Made by a program: the position numbers and the translations under genes. The notes under the pieces were generated by a model, which did no database searches, was not told the DNA's origin, and saw only the letters and a program-made list of their open reading frames with translations. Positions 1 through 12,694 of a stretch of 64,000 nt of DNA are shown piece after piece. Source of the DNA: Xylographa opegraphella (lineage: Eukaryota); NCBI GenBank assembly GCA_022813865.1, contig JALDZX010000017.1:186001-250000 (forward strand). The letters are read 5' to 3'. Every line of letters starts with the position of its first letter. Position 1 is the stretch's first letter.

Positions 1-1
1 C

Positions 2-277
2 ATTTGTGGTATCGAGCCGTGGAACATTGCGGAAGGAAGAAATTACAGTGTGACGATGGACGGCGAGGTGATCTCAGTGCCCACGGCCACCATATACGGG
101 TCGAAGGACTATCAGTGGGGCGACGCGAGTCTTGCGTTAAGCAAACTGTGCAACTCCGAGAGCAAAGAGATCTATGATCACGGACGGGCACACGAAGTGC
201 CACGATCTTCAGAGCTGACCTCTGGGATGGCTCGAACTATCCGAAAAGTGATAGATAAAGCCCTCTATCTGCATTAG
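2..277 (+). CDS. 3' end of FSH1/DUF341-type serine hydrolase (gene begins upstream of window)
   Basis: Frame is open from base 2: ICGIEPW...ISVPTATIYGSKD...SLALSKLC...IYDHGRAHEVPR. This matches the FSH1 C-terminal pattern PTxHxxGxxD...DHxxGHxxP carrying the catalytic Asp and His. Confidence 0.7.
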   Translation: MCGIEPWNIAEGRNYSVTMDGEVISVPTATIYGSKDYQWGDASLALSKLCNSESKEIYDHGRAHEVPRSSELTSGMARTIRKVIDKALYLH

Positions 278-1071
278 ATAGTCTACATTCCTGTACCAAG
301 GACTATTCTTGTGCACGGAGCAGGAAGACATACTCTCATATTGCCGATTGATCGGAACCAAAGTATCATAGGTATTGAAAGGGTCTGATCATTTCAATAT
401 TCTTGCAATCACACTTGTCTGCTGGTCAGCGGTCGGTTCCGTTACCGCTGTTACGCCCATTGACAGAGCGGTCTCGCCGCTCGCTATACAACAGTTTCCT
501 CAGCCTACAAGACAAGGACTATCGGCCCTGGTCAGCTTCAAAGCATGATGCTTCAGTCGCTGCTATCACAGTTGTGAACTGGGCTGCCGCGTATGACAAG
601 TATTCGGCAGCATCGAAAGACAAAATATTGCACAGAGCAGAATGGTGGTGAAGGACGATCGGAATAAACAGAACTGCGTATGGCAGGAATGAGGTGGACG
701 ATGACGGTAATAAGGTAGCATGCCCCTATAGAAAGTAGAATTTTCTCTGTCTCGCTCGGGATAAATACAATCTTCGTGAGTGTCTTGATAGTACGATCTT
801 GCCTGAAATCTTAAAAACTTTCTCCTTGTGGTCTAAAGGCATAATCAAACTCGGTACCTACTTGTCTGATGCTGGGATTTCAGAAAGAGAGTCCGGGCCC
901 AAGGCCGCTAAGATGACACGCTAGTGCAATTGAGCTCGAATATGTTCAGCATTTCCGTAAACACGGGTTTCCTCGAATAGGCTTGAGGGTTCCCGAAACA
1001 CATCATACATTCTACGCGGTCCTTTCATATGTCCCCTTCAGCCACCTCGATCCCATGTAACTCTCGTCCAA

Positions 1072-4000
1072 ATGTTTTCTCTTGATGCGCCGGGTGGTGG
1101 CACCACCGCAACTCGAAATCCCCGGAGGAGACAGCGGACGAGCTCAGATGATTCGATAGCTCTGCGACAGAGCCCGAAAAGGCATAAGCGATCGTTTCTT
1201 GCTGCCGACACATTTGTACCGTCGAATTTGCTGAAGCCGAATGGTCACCTTTCTGTGGTTCATGGGGGCCCCATTTCCGATGGGCACCCACCAAAGGCTC
1301 GAAAACACCGGGACGTCAGTGTTGATACAACCAGTCTCGTAATCCGAAATAGAGGAAGTAAAAGGGTGGAAAGAGAACGGCGAGGTAGCAAGCAAGATGA
1401 GTGTGTGGTGCAGGTAGATATTCCCCACGGTGAACGGTTGGCTACATGGCTGTTGACGCTGCCGAAACTAGACGAAGAACGACAACTACATCGTTATGCA
1501 AGATCCAAATATCCCGGACCTGTTACGAGATATCTTGAGCAGAGGTGATGGACGGCCTAAGTGTCTGGGCGGCTTGATCTGACATTATCACAGAGTCCTG
1601 GCAATCCGAGATTTCAAGTAACCTCGGCCACGCCGTTGCTACGACCTACAACCAAGCCATTATATGGTGCTATAGACATACATCATCTATTGACGTCTCA
1701 AGGCCTCTCGTCATAAAGTTTCCTCAGCTCACCCCAAAATCTGTTTCTCCTTCACATCCTCTTCCGCTAGGCATGCTTGTCCATGATTCAGGTGCAGACG
1801 AAATCGCATTGCTTGTCGTTATGCCTCTTAGCGGTCAGGTCATATACTGGGAGAGCGTCAAGCAAGCTGCAAATGCGGAACTGGTACGACAAAAACAACA
1901 AGCCCTCTTGGGGTCTATCGGTGGCTTGCTTTCTGGTGAGATTATTACAAAGATCACAGAAGCTGAGCCTGACGGATTTATCCTCACTACCAATAACGGC
2001 AGAATCATCCACCTGGCTGTAAGAGATCCACAAGGGCGACCGCAGATAAGTACCCAATACATGAGAAACAATGCGACCACCGGAAAAGGCCTGCTTGGAA
2101 GCATCACCAGTGTATTCAGCGCCAGTAGTTGGCGTCGGGATATTGCTGCAGTGCACACTGGAAATTTGCGGGGGAAGTTTCATCGGACGTGTATCGTAGC
2201 AACAGCGCAGGGGTTGCTCCAAGTTTGGGAGTTGGCTCGACATTCAGTCAAGACTCTACTTTTCGAGGTAGACATTAGAGATGAAGTTTTTGCTGTACTC
2301 CAGACCTCCCATATCAGGACCTTCACAGAAGACATGAAAAGCGATTTTCAGGTGTTGGACTTCGCCTTGTTTCCTGAAGCCGAGGTTATCACCGCAAAAT
2401 ATCCGTCCCAGCGACTTCTGGTACTTATCTGCATCAAGGCAGGTCGAGTTGGGAACTACAATCTGGTCGATTTGTGTATACGGAATGGATCAGTCGAAAT
2501 CGACGTTGTACATCCTATTACGTGCTATTCAGAAGGACAACAGCCTGCAGAAAATTGGAACTCCTTCAGAACGCAACTTTTGTTACCTGAGCCTGCTCAG
2601 ATGGCTTTTGTGACTTTTGAGAAATCTATTGTGTTAGTGTCTCTTGCGAGAATTGAGGAAACACCAAACTCACAAATACAAATTGAGTCCCACACTCTGC
2701 CAGATAATTTCCAAGAGGCGCTCCATCTCCGTCAAAATGACCATGACTATCATGTAGTCAGCTGTTGCTCAGAGGTATTCGGCACTGAGTCTGGCAACGC
2801 AACGTGCATTTTTCTTGTTCATGGTTTTGGCATGGCTCGGATAACGACGTTACCCCTTAAAGAAGGGCAATCTACACTGGAAAGGTCCACGGTGACCGTC
2901 AAATCGAAGATTGAACAGGCTATCTTTTATGGAGAGATGCCATATAATTTGCTTGATTTCGATCCCGGACGATCAGAATTCCGGATTGACGAAACCGAGT
3001 TGGAGGCTGCTGCTCTCGAGATAAGTCATTCAATCATGTCATCATCTTCGCCTTATATCCCTACGATAACGCCATCGATGGAGCATCAGCTGGAGTTACG
3101 AGCCACGGCCCTTGCTGAGCTCATTAATTATACTTCGAGCTGGTCGCTCAAATCAGAGACAAGGTGGCAGCTGCTATGGAGTGCGGAGAAGATGGCTGCT
3201 GCAATAACGATCTGGAAAACGTACGATACCCAACTGAGCTCAAGGAAGCAGGAAAGAGGGACCATGCTATTACCTGAGCTCCTCGACATGATTCATGAAA
3301 ACTGTAAAGTGGAAAACTGCCCTGAGCGAGGTGAAACAGATATTGTCCGACATTATCTGATACACGACGTTTGGCGGATAGAGCTTGTTATTCCATGGGC
3401 TGAGAAGGCGGTGGAAGAACTCTATGAAGAAGGCATTCGAGATCCAGCGACGCAGCTTTCACTGGTCAATCAAGCTGTTGATATACAAATCCGCTCAATG
3501 GAGACTGTATTTACTTTCCGCGCGGCTAATGCTGAAGTCTACGGCTTAGGTAGAGGCTTGATAGATGACGGAATATACCAAGGAAAGTACGATTCTCTTC
3601 CAGAGCCCTGGACATCCATATTAGACACTTTGGTACATGTCAAGAAACTTGTGGATCTCTCTCGCCAAATGGCCATAAATAATGCCGACACTCCAGGGAG
3701 TGAGGATGGCGGCGTGGATTTTGAAATGGTTAAAAAAATTGCGGCCGACAACCCTAGACTGGTGCATATCTGCTGCCAAGTATATGACGAAAGATGCCGG
3801 TGGCTCAAAGCGCAGCCAGATGCTCAGACCAAAGCCGAAGGTGATGCTCTGATACGTGCATACCACCAGATTCGTAGAGAAATAATTGTCCAGATTGCCG
3901 ACCTTGAGATGCCGAACGAAGGAATCAAGCTAGCGGAGAGATATCAAGATATGCAAGCGTTGGCAGATGTCATTGAGCGCAGCACGACGCAGGCGGTGGA

Positions 4001-5382
4001 ACGTCTTGCTGAGCCTGGATTGAGCGAGAGTGATGAATTGGACTATGAACTTCAGCTTCAATCGAACCGCCAAAAAATGGCAAGCTACTTCACAACTTAC
4101 GGCTCGAAATGGGCCGATGTTCTATATTCAAACACTATAGCGCACGGCGCCATCGAGGAGTTATTCGATAATACTGGTGACTATCAAAGATTCCTGACAC
4201 TTTACCTACGTGGTAGACCACAATACAACAAGCTGGCTTGGATAAACGAAGTCCTCGCCGAGCATAATTACGGCAAGGCTGCGGACGCCCTCATGGCGAC
4301 TCAAAAGCAAGAGTCCAGCCTCTGGAGTAAGAAAATAGAGCTTAGTATGGGGAAGTTGGCCCTGCTAGCTGCGGAAGAGCAAAAACCCAAACAGGTCAAG
4401 GCCGACGTAGCGGTAAAAGTTATCCGCAGAGTGGATCGAAGGATGGAGATGATTGACATACAGGACCAAATTTATGCATATATCCAGCCCGCCCTGGTGC
4501 AAGCTCTGGACGAGGATGCTAGATACAAGATTGCAATCGAAGAATTTGGCCTTTACGCGACCAAAGCTATGCCCACGCTCAAGACCATTTTTGAGCAGAA
4601 CATAGCAAAGTTGGTATCATGTGAGGCTCTTGATGCAGAAGACATCATCGACATGATTACTTTGATCAATGATGGTTCTCAGCATGTCGATGGCAAAGGA
4701 TTTGCTTACCAACGCTTTTTCCTAGCATTGAAAACATTGACCTTGACAGGCCTGGTGAAACTGGATCCCAGCAGGCACGAACTGCATGAAAAGATCATCT
4801 GGCGGCGATGCATGTTGAATGACAATTGGGCGGAGCTCAATCAGACGGAGACGAAAGATGACGCGGCGGTGGTTCGCGAGACCGGGGCAACGGCACTGTT
4901 CCAGACATTGAAAGCGGGATTCGAAAACGGTATGGCCCTCCGGACCGGACTTGCCACTTATTTTACAAACTAATCTTGTGTACACAGGCCTTTTCGACGT
5001 CATTCAACCAATACCTCCATCAGCAATCTTGTCAGCCGGCACTACCGTGGCCTCGCTACGCACCTCGAGTCGATACACGAATAAACCGGACAGCACTCTC
5101 AAAGCACTAGCACAGGATCTAGAGAAGGAGGACCGCGAGCTCGCGCACGCTGTAGAGAGCGGGAGGCTCGAGCTGTGGTGGAATGGGATCGTTGAAGCGG
5201 CTAAAGCTAGTGCCAGAGAGGACGCGGATCGACGGGGAGCAGAGATGGCAAAGATGGAAGTGCTGAAAAGGAAGGTCGCCAAACGAGTATTGGGTGACGG
5301 GCAGGCGGAGGAAGTGTACACTAACGGTCATGTGCACGGCGATGTGCTGGTGGATGAGCAGGGAGATGTTCAGATGGATTGA
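1072..5382 (+). CDS. NUP133: Nucleoporin Nup133
   Basis: N-terminus RNPRRRQR, then TKNDNYIV, HPLPLG, VVMPLSGQVIYWES, KSKIEQAIFYG, WSKKIELSMGKL and IWRRCML. GT-AG introns at about 1414-1471, 1545-1593 and 4930-4987 join ORFs 1072, 1773 and 4951. Confidence 0.92.
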
Positions 5383-6848
5383 TGTCCAGGAGTGTTTCAG
5401 CTTCCCTTGACCTCTGAGCAGGGGATGCATCGGACGCGTTCTGAATTACGATACCCAGCATACAAAAAGCATTTCGGACTAGCAGTTGTGGTGCTGGGTT
5501 GTGAGGGGTTTGGGGATAGCATGGCGATGGTGGCTCTTCAGTAGTCTAATGTACAACAGAATATGACCTGTCCGTTGAACTCTTCACGAGCACGCAGTGT
5601 CAATGGAATATCGGGTCCGATGATTATGAACCACCTCGTTGAGGAATCCTATGACGCGCTGGATACCATAGCTGCGAAGAGGACGAGTCCGAGCAGCGCC
5701 AAGCAGTGCTTACCAGGGTCGAGATGGGATTGGCTAACGAGTTCGAGGACAACGACCGACCTTCGGCGTTGGGGGAGTGTGTATCCAGTGCATCACCATC
5801 CGTCCCATCTTTGTACTCCGTTGCCACAGTCTCCGTGGTGTAATCCCCGCTGGGAGTGTCCTACAGCTGCGGCTGTCGTTTGCTCTGGTTGGAGCTTCGA
5901 TTACTTCAAAATGGCCAACGCCAGCGCTGTTCTTGACGCTTTACAACGGTGACCTCGCCAGGATGTCGTGACAGCGACGTAGAAACTCACCTTTCATGTG
6001 TCAGTATGCATCGCGCAAACTGGCGAAGAAGTGAGTTTGGGCGTTGCGTGCGATGTCCCACGGGTCAACTCTGCGCGGGCTTTGTCTAAATCATGCCTTT
6101 CCCCATCCATCAGCGGGCGACTTCCCTCTCGAGGCTCTAGGGTACCACGAGAGTTCGTTTCCATAGTTTTCCGGTCGGCTCTTCCGCCGATGAGTGGTGG
6201 TCGTGTGACTTGCATTACGTTTTTGGGGGCGTTCATTGTTCGTGCATATGGAATGGCCTTTCAGGCCTTTGTCTTCGGCCAACTCTTCTTTGTGGTACCT
6301 GCTATCGCACAAACGGTCTGGCGAGGTTCCACCGCTGTTGGGTTTGGTGAGTGGACCTTTTGCGGCTCTTGATCGTGTGCTACGCTGCGCGAAAGCGATT
6401 CAAATAGCTGACAGGAAGTCGTGCGTGCAGAGTTCTTGTGTGCAGCACGTTGGTGATTGGGTTTTCTGCACTTCAGCTGATTGAAGGAGGGTGGAGGTCT
6501 GCAATATCTCGAGTTGTGATTCTCCAAGGTCACTCAGTCGTAAGCTCTACTTTAATTCGAGTCGAACAGCCCAGGGTTGCAGCGTTAACACAACAGAGCA
6601 TGTAACCCTTGTCGATATCTTGAGCAGCCGGCTGACAGTACAACTTCCTAGACGCTGAGGTATACTACGGATCAGTCCACCAGCATAAGCGCTGCCTCGA
6701 CTACGACTTGACGCCGCTGCAACTCCCCTGGTCGTCCCTCTGAGCAATTGCACCATCAATGGTACAGCATTCATCACTAGATCGCCACGAACACGCACTC
6801 GACCGCATCCATTAAGATCGGTAACCAAGAAGAGCAGAAGAAACTAAG

Positions 6849-7229
6849 ATGTGCTCAATAGGATGGCTCAAGAGAGTGTGGTTGTGGGGAAAAGCCGGCA
6901 CTCAACAGACGTTCCGGGAGCCCCAGAAGACAAGGATTGTGTCTGCAGAAATACCAGCAGACCGCGTGAAGCTCCCTACCAGCATTCCTACAGACTCTCC
7001 AAACGCCATACCAACCAGCAACACTACACCGGAGCATAATAAAACCGTGCTTCCGGCCGAGAAGCGCCCGTCATCGTTGCCAATGTCCATGGTGCCGCAA
7101 GCAGAGCGGACTGAGTTACTCCAACCACGCAAGATATATCTTGAGGACGAACCCCTGCCGTTGCCGGGCATGAGAAGAAACCCGAGCATGAACAGCGTAT
7201 CTTCCTTCTTTGCTGATTTCGTTGGTTGA
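6849..7229 (+). CDS. Small hypothetical (orphan-like) protein, 126 aa, Pro/Thr-rich
   Basis: ATG-initiated single-exon ORF with protein-like composition (RRNPSMNSVSSFF). No family recognised. Confidence 0.4.
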   Translation: MCSIGWLKRVWLWGKAGTQQTFREPQKTRIVSAEIPADRVKLPTSIPTDSPNAIPTSNTTPEHNKTVLPAEKRPSSLPMSMVPQAERTELLQPRKIYLEDEPLPLPGMRRNPSMNSVSSFFADFVG

Positions 7230-7858
7230 GGCTGAAGACTGGAATCAGATAGGGAAAGCCGGAGCCGGGGTCGGTGGGTCTGACTGCAGCTTGAGCAGCT
7301 CACAAAAAGCGTTGAAGTTGAGACGGGCAATGGGCATATAATCACACTTGTAGAAACTACATAATTGCAGGATACATTCCACAGACTCTCACAGAGAAGC
7401 AGCTTCGCGGATCGAAGTGGCTGCTCGTTGAACCCCACAAACTGTGTTGTCCATGAGACACTCTGTGGTTCCCAGTTCATCGTGACTGTAAGGTGCACGG
7501 TGCAGCGCCCTCTGTGACGCTAGGACGCTAAAGGCAGCGACATCGGCCAAGCCTGGCTTGTGATTGGTGCTTTAACCTCGCCGGGAAGCAGGCCCTGAGA
7601 CCCACTTCGAAAGGTGTTCATCGCCTTAGTGAGCACACAACGCCCCTTCTGATCCGTGCCTTAAAACATGGTGAAGCGAGTCCTGATGCATTCACCGTGC
7701 CCCGGTCTCACGATCTACTCACCTCTTCAGTTTTCCTGCATTTCTTTTTGTTGTTTCTCTCCCTTCCGTCTCTTCCTCTCCTTCCTTCATTTTCTGATCT
7801 GCCGCGTTCTTCATTGCCAAGCTTTCACTATCAAACGAACATCCATGGCTCCGTCAGC

Positions 7859-9499
7859 ATGGCGTCCAATCCCTCGAAGCTAGACCTCACTAAAGACAAG
7901 ACTGTCTCGAACCATGTCGAGCCACTCGCGGGGACCGTCCGTCGCCGCTCGCCTGCTCGTGACCTCGACCGTAAGGGCCCGCTCACAGCAAGTGACAGCC
8001 AACCGTATCTCGATGTCCCTTTACAGGAGTCGTTCAGACCATCCATAGATACCATCTCGGGGATCTCGAACTACTCTGCGGAAACGGTGAATGAGAGAAG
8101 TGTGCGGGCGGTGCGTCCGAACCTTGAGCGGATCTCCTCACAGTCACTGGTACTGCCCAGGACATGGCGGGACAGATGCAAAGCCTTCTGGCAGCGGAAC
8201 AAGGGCCTGGCGTTGGTTCTGTTATCACAGTTCTTTGGAGGCTTGATGAACGTGGCCACCCGACTGCTTGAGAGTGGTGACGGTGCGCTGTCCCCGTTTC
8301 AGGTACGGATCATCTACGGCGTGGGCTCTCCACAGGACTTTATGCTGATAGACTCCTGTAGATCCTGTTTGCCCGGATGAGTATCACAGCGGCACTGTGT
8401 TACATCTATATGTGGTGGACCAATGTGAAGCATGCTCCGTTGGGCAAGCGCGAAGTCCGCTGGTTGCTCGTCGCTCGTGGACTGACGGGTTTCTTTGGTG
8501 GTATGTCCTTTCAGTCTGGCAACTATTAATCAACATTTCGCTGACGATATATAGTATATGGCATCTACTGTATGCTTGAAATGCGGCCCTCTGTTTCATC
8601 GGTTCCAGTATTGGCTGACATAGTCTTCTACAGACACTCTAATATATCTACCCATTGCAGAAGCCACAGTCATCACCTTCATCGCGCCCATTATTTCATG
8701 CGCCATTTGCTCCGTTCTCCTCAAAGAGCCCTTCACCCGTATCGAACAGATTGCCGGCGTGGTCTCACTTGCAGGTGTCGTGATGATCGCACAGCCGTCC
8801 TCCTTCTTCCCCAGCCATGCCTCCTCACCTGCCATCGTCGCTTCGGACGGCATACCGAGCCCACCCGGCAATTCCACGACCTCCATGCTGGGTATCAACG
8901 GCGTCCACGAAGCGACTCCGACGGAGCGACTCGTCGCCGTCGGCGTCGGTCTCTTAGGCGCGACCGGTGCCGCCGGCGCCTACACCACGATCCGCTGGAT
9001 CGGACAGCGGGCCCACCCCCTCATCTCCGTCAACTACTTCGCGACGTGGTGCACGCTCGTAAGCGCCGCCTCATTCTTCGTCCCGAGCGTTGACTTCCGC
9101 CTTCCCGCCACCGCACGCGAATGGAGCCTCCTGACCTCCCTCGGCGTGTGCGGTTTCGTGATGCAATTCCTCCTCACCGCCGGCCTGGCGCACGAGAAGA
9201 GCTCGCGCGCCACGCAGATGGTCTACACGCAGATGCTGTTCGCGCTCGCGTGCGACAAGATCTTCTGGAACACGTCGCCCGGCGTCTGGAGCATCGCGGG
9301 CAGCTTGCTCATCATCGCGAGCGCGCTGGGCACGGCCGTCATGCAGGAGGGGAAGGTCGACGTTGGGGGCGGCGAGGCGCGCTCCGACGAGGAGATCGCC
9401 CTCGTGGACGCGGTCGATGGGGCGGATGTCGAAGATGAGGACGAGAGGGGCCCGTTGAGGGGCGTGCAGGAGGTGCAGTTGAGGACAATGCGCATCTAG
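7859..9499 (+). CDS. EamA/DMT drug-metabolite transporter superfamily membrane protein
   Basis: NKGLALVLLSQFFGGLMN, spliced GFFGVYGIYYTLIYLPIAEATVITFIAP, AYTTIRWIG and GFVMQFLLTAGL. Three introns including a 15-nt microexon (8555-8569). Confidence 0.9.
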
Positions 9500-10263
9500 A
9501 TCACGGAAGGGGAGCGTGCGGTTGCTGGCGAGGCGCTCGGGGCGGTGGCGACGGCGGTGGTGCTGCTTTTGCTGCTATCGGAGAAATGACACAGAATGTT
9601 GCATGGGCGTGAGCGTCAGCATATGGGACGAGAGTTGAGGGCGGGGGGGTGTTTGGGACTTTCAGATTGCATATGATGGGATGAAATGTAGATGAGCTGC
9701 GATAAGCGGATATGAGAGCAGATCAGATCAGATTAGATGAGAATACAGCGGTATAGGCCGCTTAAGAGTGGAATACGAAATATGGCAAATTGGCTTCGTG
9801 GTTGTGAATGTAGGCATTTGGACTGTCGACTGCACCAGTTCTTGGGTTTTAGGTCTGGTAGACTTTCAGGACGGTGGGTTACTGTTTGCACTTCCATCCA
9901 GGTGGGTGGTGGCTGTGTCCTTGGAGGGTCGTGGTTCGAATGCCGCTTTCTACGCTATCACACTACTGCATGGATCAATGGGAAGAGCTACTGGCCTATG
10001 AGGACTACTTTGGCAACGGAAGCCGAGTTCAGCACACAGAGCAGCTCAAGCATTGTGCTCGTCTGCTGGACACTCCCGTGATTATATCCATTCGTAACAT
10101 TCGTCATACAGACAAGCAAGCTGTTGCTTTGTAGCTAGTATACATCCGGTGCCCCCTCGCTTTAAGCTCCCTACCCAGAGCTCAGCATCAAGAAAGAGAA
10201 CCACGATCCACATTCCATATTTTGCCAGCACATGTGGACTGGGCCAGTAGGAGAGAATCTCCC

Positions 10264-10912
10264 CTAAACCTTCTTCGGCACATCATCTTCCTCAATGCTC
10301 ACGCCGCTGGTGCTCTCAGCGCTATCCTCTTTGTCAAGAGCGAGGTGTTCCTCTTCAACCTTGCCAGCGGCGCCGTGGTATTCCTCTTCAAAGACGGGAT
10401 CTGCCTCGACGGCTTCGAACTTGGTCTTAAAGTCGTTGATGGCGTTGCCGTGGGTGCTGCTGTTGGAGCGGCGGCGGGCATTGGCGAAATTATAGCCATA
10501 GTCTTCAGCTTCCTCGCCGTCGCGACCCCTAAGGTTAGGTAGGTGTGTCAGTGGCCTCCCGGGTGAGTATGAAGAGACAGGATGGTTTACCAATTCCCCT
10601 TGCCACCTCCTTCCTTCTTGACTTTCTTGGGGTCAGCGTCGACGTGGCCTGACTTGGCAAAGTAGCGTGGGAGGTGGTCGTCTGGCCCGGCAGAGCCGTC
10701 CGCAAGGGCGACATGGTCACGGTCATTGGCTTTGTGGGAACGAGTCACTGGAAGAGTGGAGATTAGCATGTGGTCTGTGTGCATTGAGTTCTGATGGAGC
10801 GTTGTTAAATCTTCCATCCGATAGCTCCATGCTGACGTTCATCAAATGGATAAACTTCGTGCCAACCAATGCAATTGCATTATAAGGTCAACAGGCCATC
10901 AGGATGCTTACT
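10264..10912 (-). CDS. STF2: STF2-like / HABP4-type small hydrophilic protein
   Basis: Spliced product MTRSHKANDRDH...PRYFAKSGHVDADPKKVKKEGGGKGNWGRDGEE...RRRSNSS. The ATG is formed across intron 10748-10911, and a second intron falls in the NW|G codon. Confidence 0.8.
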
Positions 10913-12246
10913 TGTGACTGAATGTAAATTTGGGATGTGTTATTGAATTGGGTTGAGACTCTTTGAAGTGAGAGATATATGGAGATCTGAGGTGAAAGGT
11001 TACATGAAGTCAGCGGCCATCCGAGACAAGGAGCTTTATTTGAGCGGTCATATGACGTGCCCATGGAAGTGGACGAGGAAGGAAGCTCACGTACCTGGAA
11101 CGAAATGAAACACAAGTTGCAGTGCAGATAGGATTGGATTGACTGGTGATCACGGTGGATGAAAGGGGTGGAGGTCAGGTAGAATAGGTCCAGATGATGG
11201 TCGTGAGCGAGCACGCTCACATCACGCGAGCTTCCCCAAAGCTCCCCGCATTCAAGGGGGTATCTCCGTACCACCCCTGCCACTAACGACGAACTAACGG
11301 TTTTCAGCGGCCGCTTGCGACTCGTTCATTTGGAATGGGAAATATCGTGAGTATAATGCCGTGCTCTGTGTCGTAGCACAACTGTGATCGCACAAGAGCC
11401 CGTCATCGCTAGTAACAGTGAAACACACTTGACTGGGTGGGTTGAAAGGATGCCAGAGGCTCGTCTAGCAACTCATCACCCATGGGATACAGATTAGGAG
11501 GAGCCATTGGATAATTCGTGAGGGCCAATTGACCTGCCAAAGGCTGGCTTTCGTTCCTTAATTTGTACAGCCATCGAGATTGACGGCAAGGCTGACCGAG
11601 GTGATAGCGATACTTCAGATCATCGACTCCGAGCTTGATTGTAATATTGCTAGAATAAGAATTTCTTGTTGCAATTTTCTCCCACCTATCTGTGTCATAA
11701 GGCTGTCCCCTGGCTAGTCAGCGCTTTGACCGAGAATGGTGATGACATTAGTGGCCACGTGCTCACGCCCCCTTCCCCGAAGAAATGATGTTCCAGACTT
11801 CAATTCTCTGAATGCTCTTCAAGTGTGCGGTATTAATGCTTCTACATTGTTTGCTCCTCACAAACTCCGCGCGTTTGGCCTGGTTTGACATGACATTGCG
11901 CCATGAGTCCGAGATCGAGGCATGCTAATACGGTTCGAGGCACAGCAGTGTGAGGAATTGCTCTGAGTTCTGCATGTCCGTTATCGCACTGTTTCAGGCC
12001 ATAAAAGTTGAAGTAGAGAGGTTCTCATGCTACGGAACGTTTCTGCTATCGCTTGATTGAGGATTTATTAATTGGGAAGCACCAACGTATTCCGGAAAGC
12101 GGTTGGCGTTTGCATGTCGCGCGTCGTTTCTCCGCCAGTGGTAATCATGCGGTACGATGTAGTACGAGTGGGGCAGACTGGTCGTGCCCAAGCTGTGTGC
12201 TTTGAAAGGATGAACCCATTTTGTACCTTGCTATGAGCAGCCATCA

Positions 12247-12694
12247 TGCTCAAACACTTCAAAACACTCCCTTCTGCTCTTCATGGTCTCATCAGCGCCT
12301 ATATATAAGAATTCCAGCCTTGATTGGTAAACAAGCAGCCCAACTATGGGAGGAATCAAGCCCAGCTTCGTCACCCAGTCCAAATGAGACCTTCGAGAAT
12401 ACAGGAGCTTAGCAAGGTCAATCAGACCGTAAAGCAAACCATCGTTGATATCGCAAAGCTGATCCGCGATGCCACGTCGGGCGCTTTGAAGACCATCTGC
12501 GCGAGCTGAAGACTTTCTTGGACTTGCGAAAGCCCAGGATGCTGAGACAGCTGTGGAGGGATGCGCGCGACGCGACTTCGTGTTGGTCCTTCTGGCTGGT
12601 GGTGCTGTTTGGCTGTTTGGGAACGTTCCTCGGATTTGCGTCTCTGGCCATGTCGATAGCGCAGACAGTGGGCACTTTCAAGTCGTTGCATTAG
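12247..12694 (+). pseudogene. Remnant of a fungal uncharacterised protein with a C-terminal TM helix (KPR..LWRD.RD..W.FW family)
   Basis: 12449-12694 reads YRKADPRCHVGRFEDHLRELKTFLDLRKPRMLRQLWRDARDATSCWSFWLVVLFGCLGTFLGFASLAMSIAQTVGTFKSLH*. It is preceded by an in-frame TGA (12446), and the upstream frames are broken by stops. Confidence 0.6.

Noticed and set aside
5994..6533. Two same-frame minus-strand ORFs separated by one TGA (possible decayed gene)
   Set aside because: No recognisable motif; could be chance.
9890..9950. GGTTCGAAT T-loop-like motif (tRNA?)
   Set aside because: The flanks do not form a T-stem or cloverleaf.
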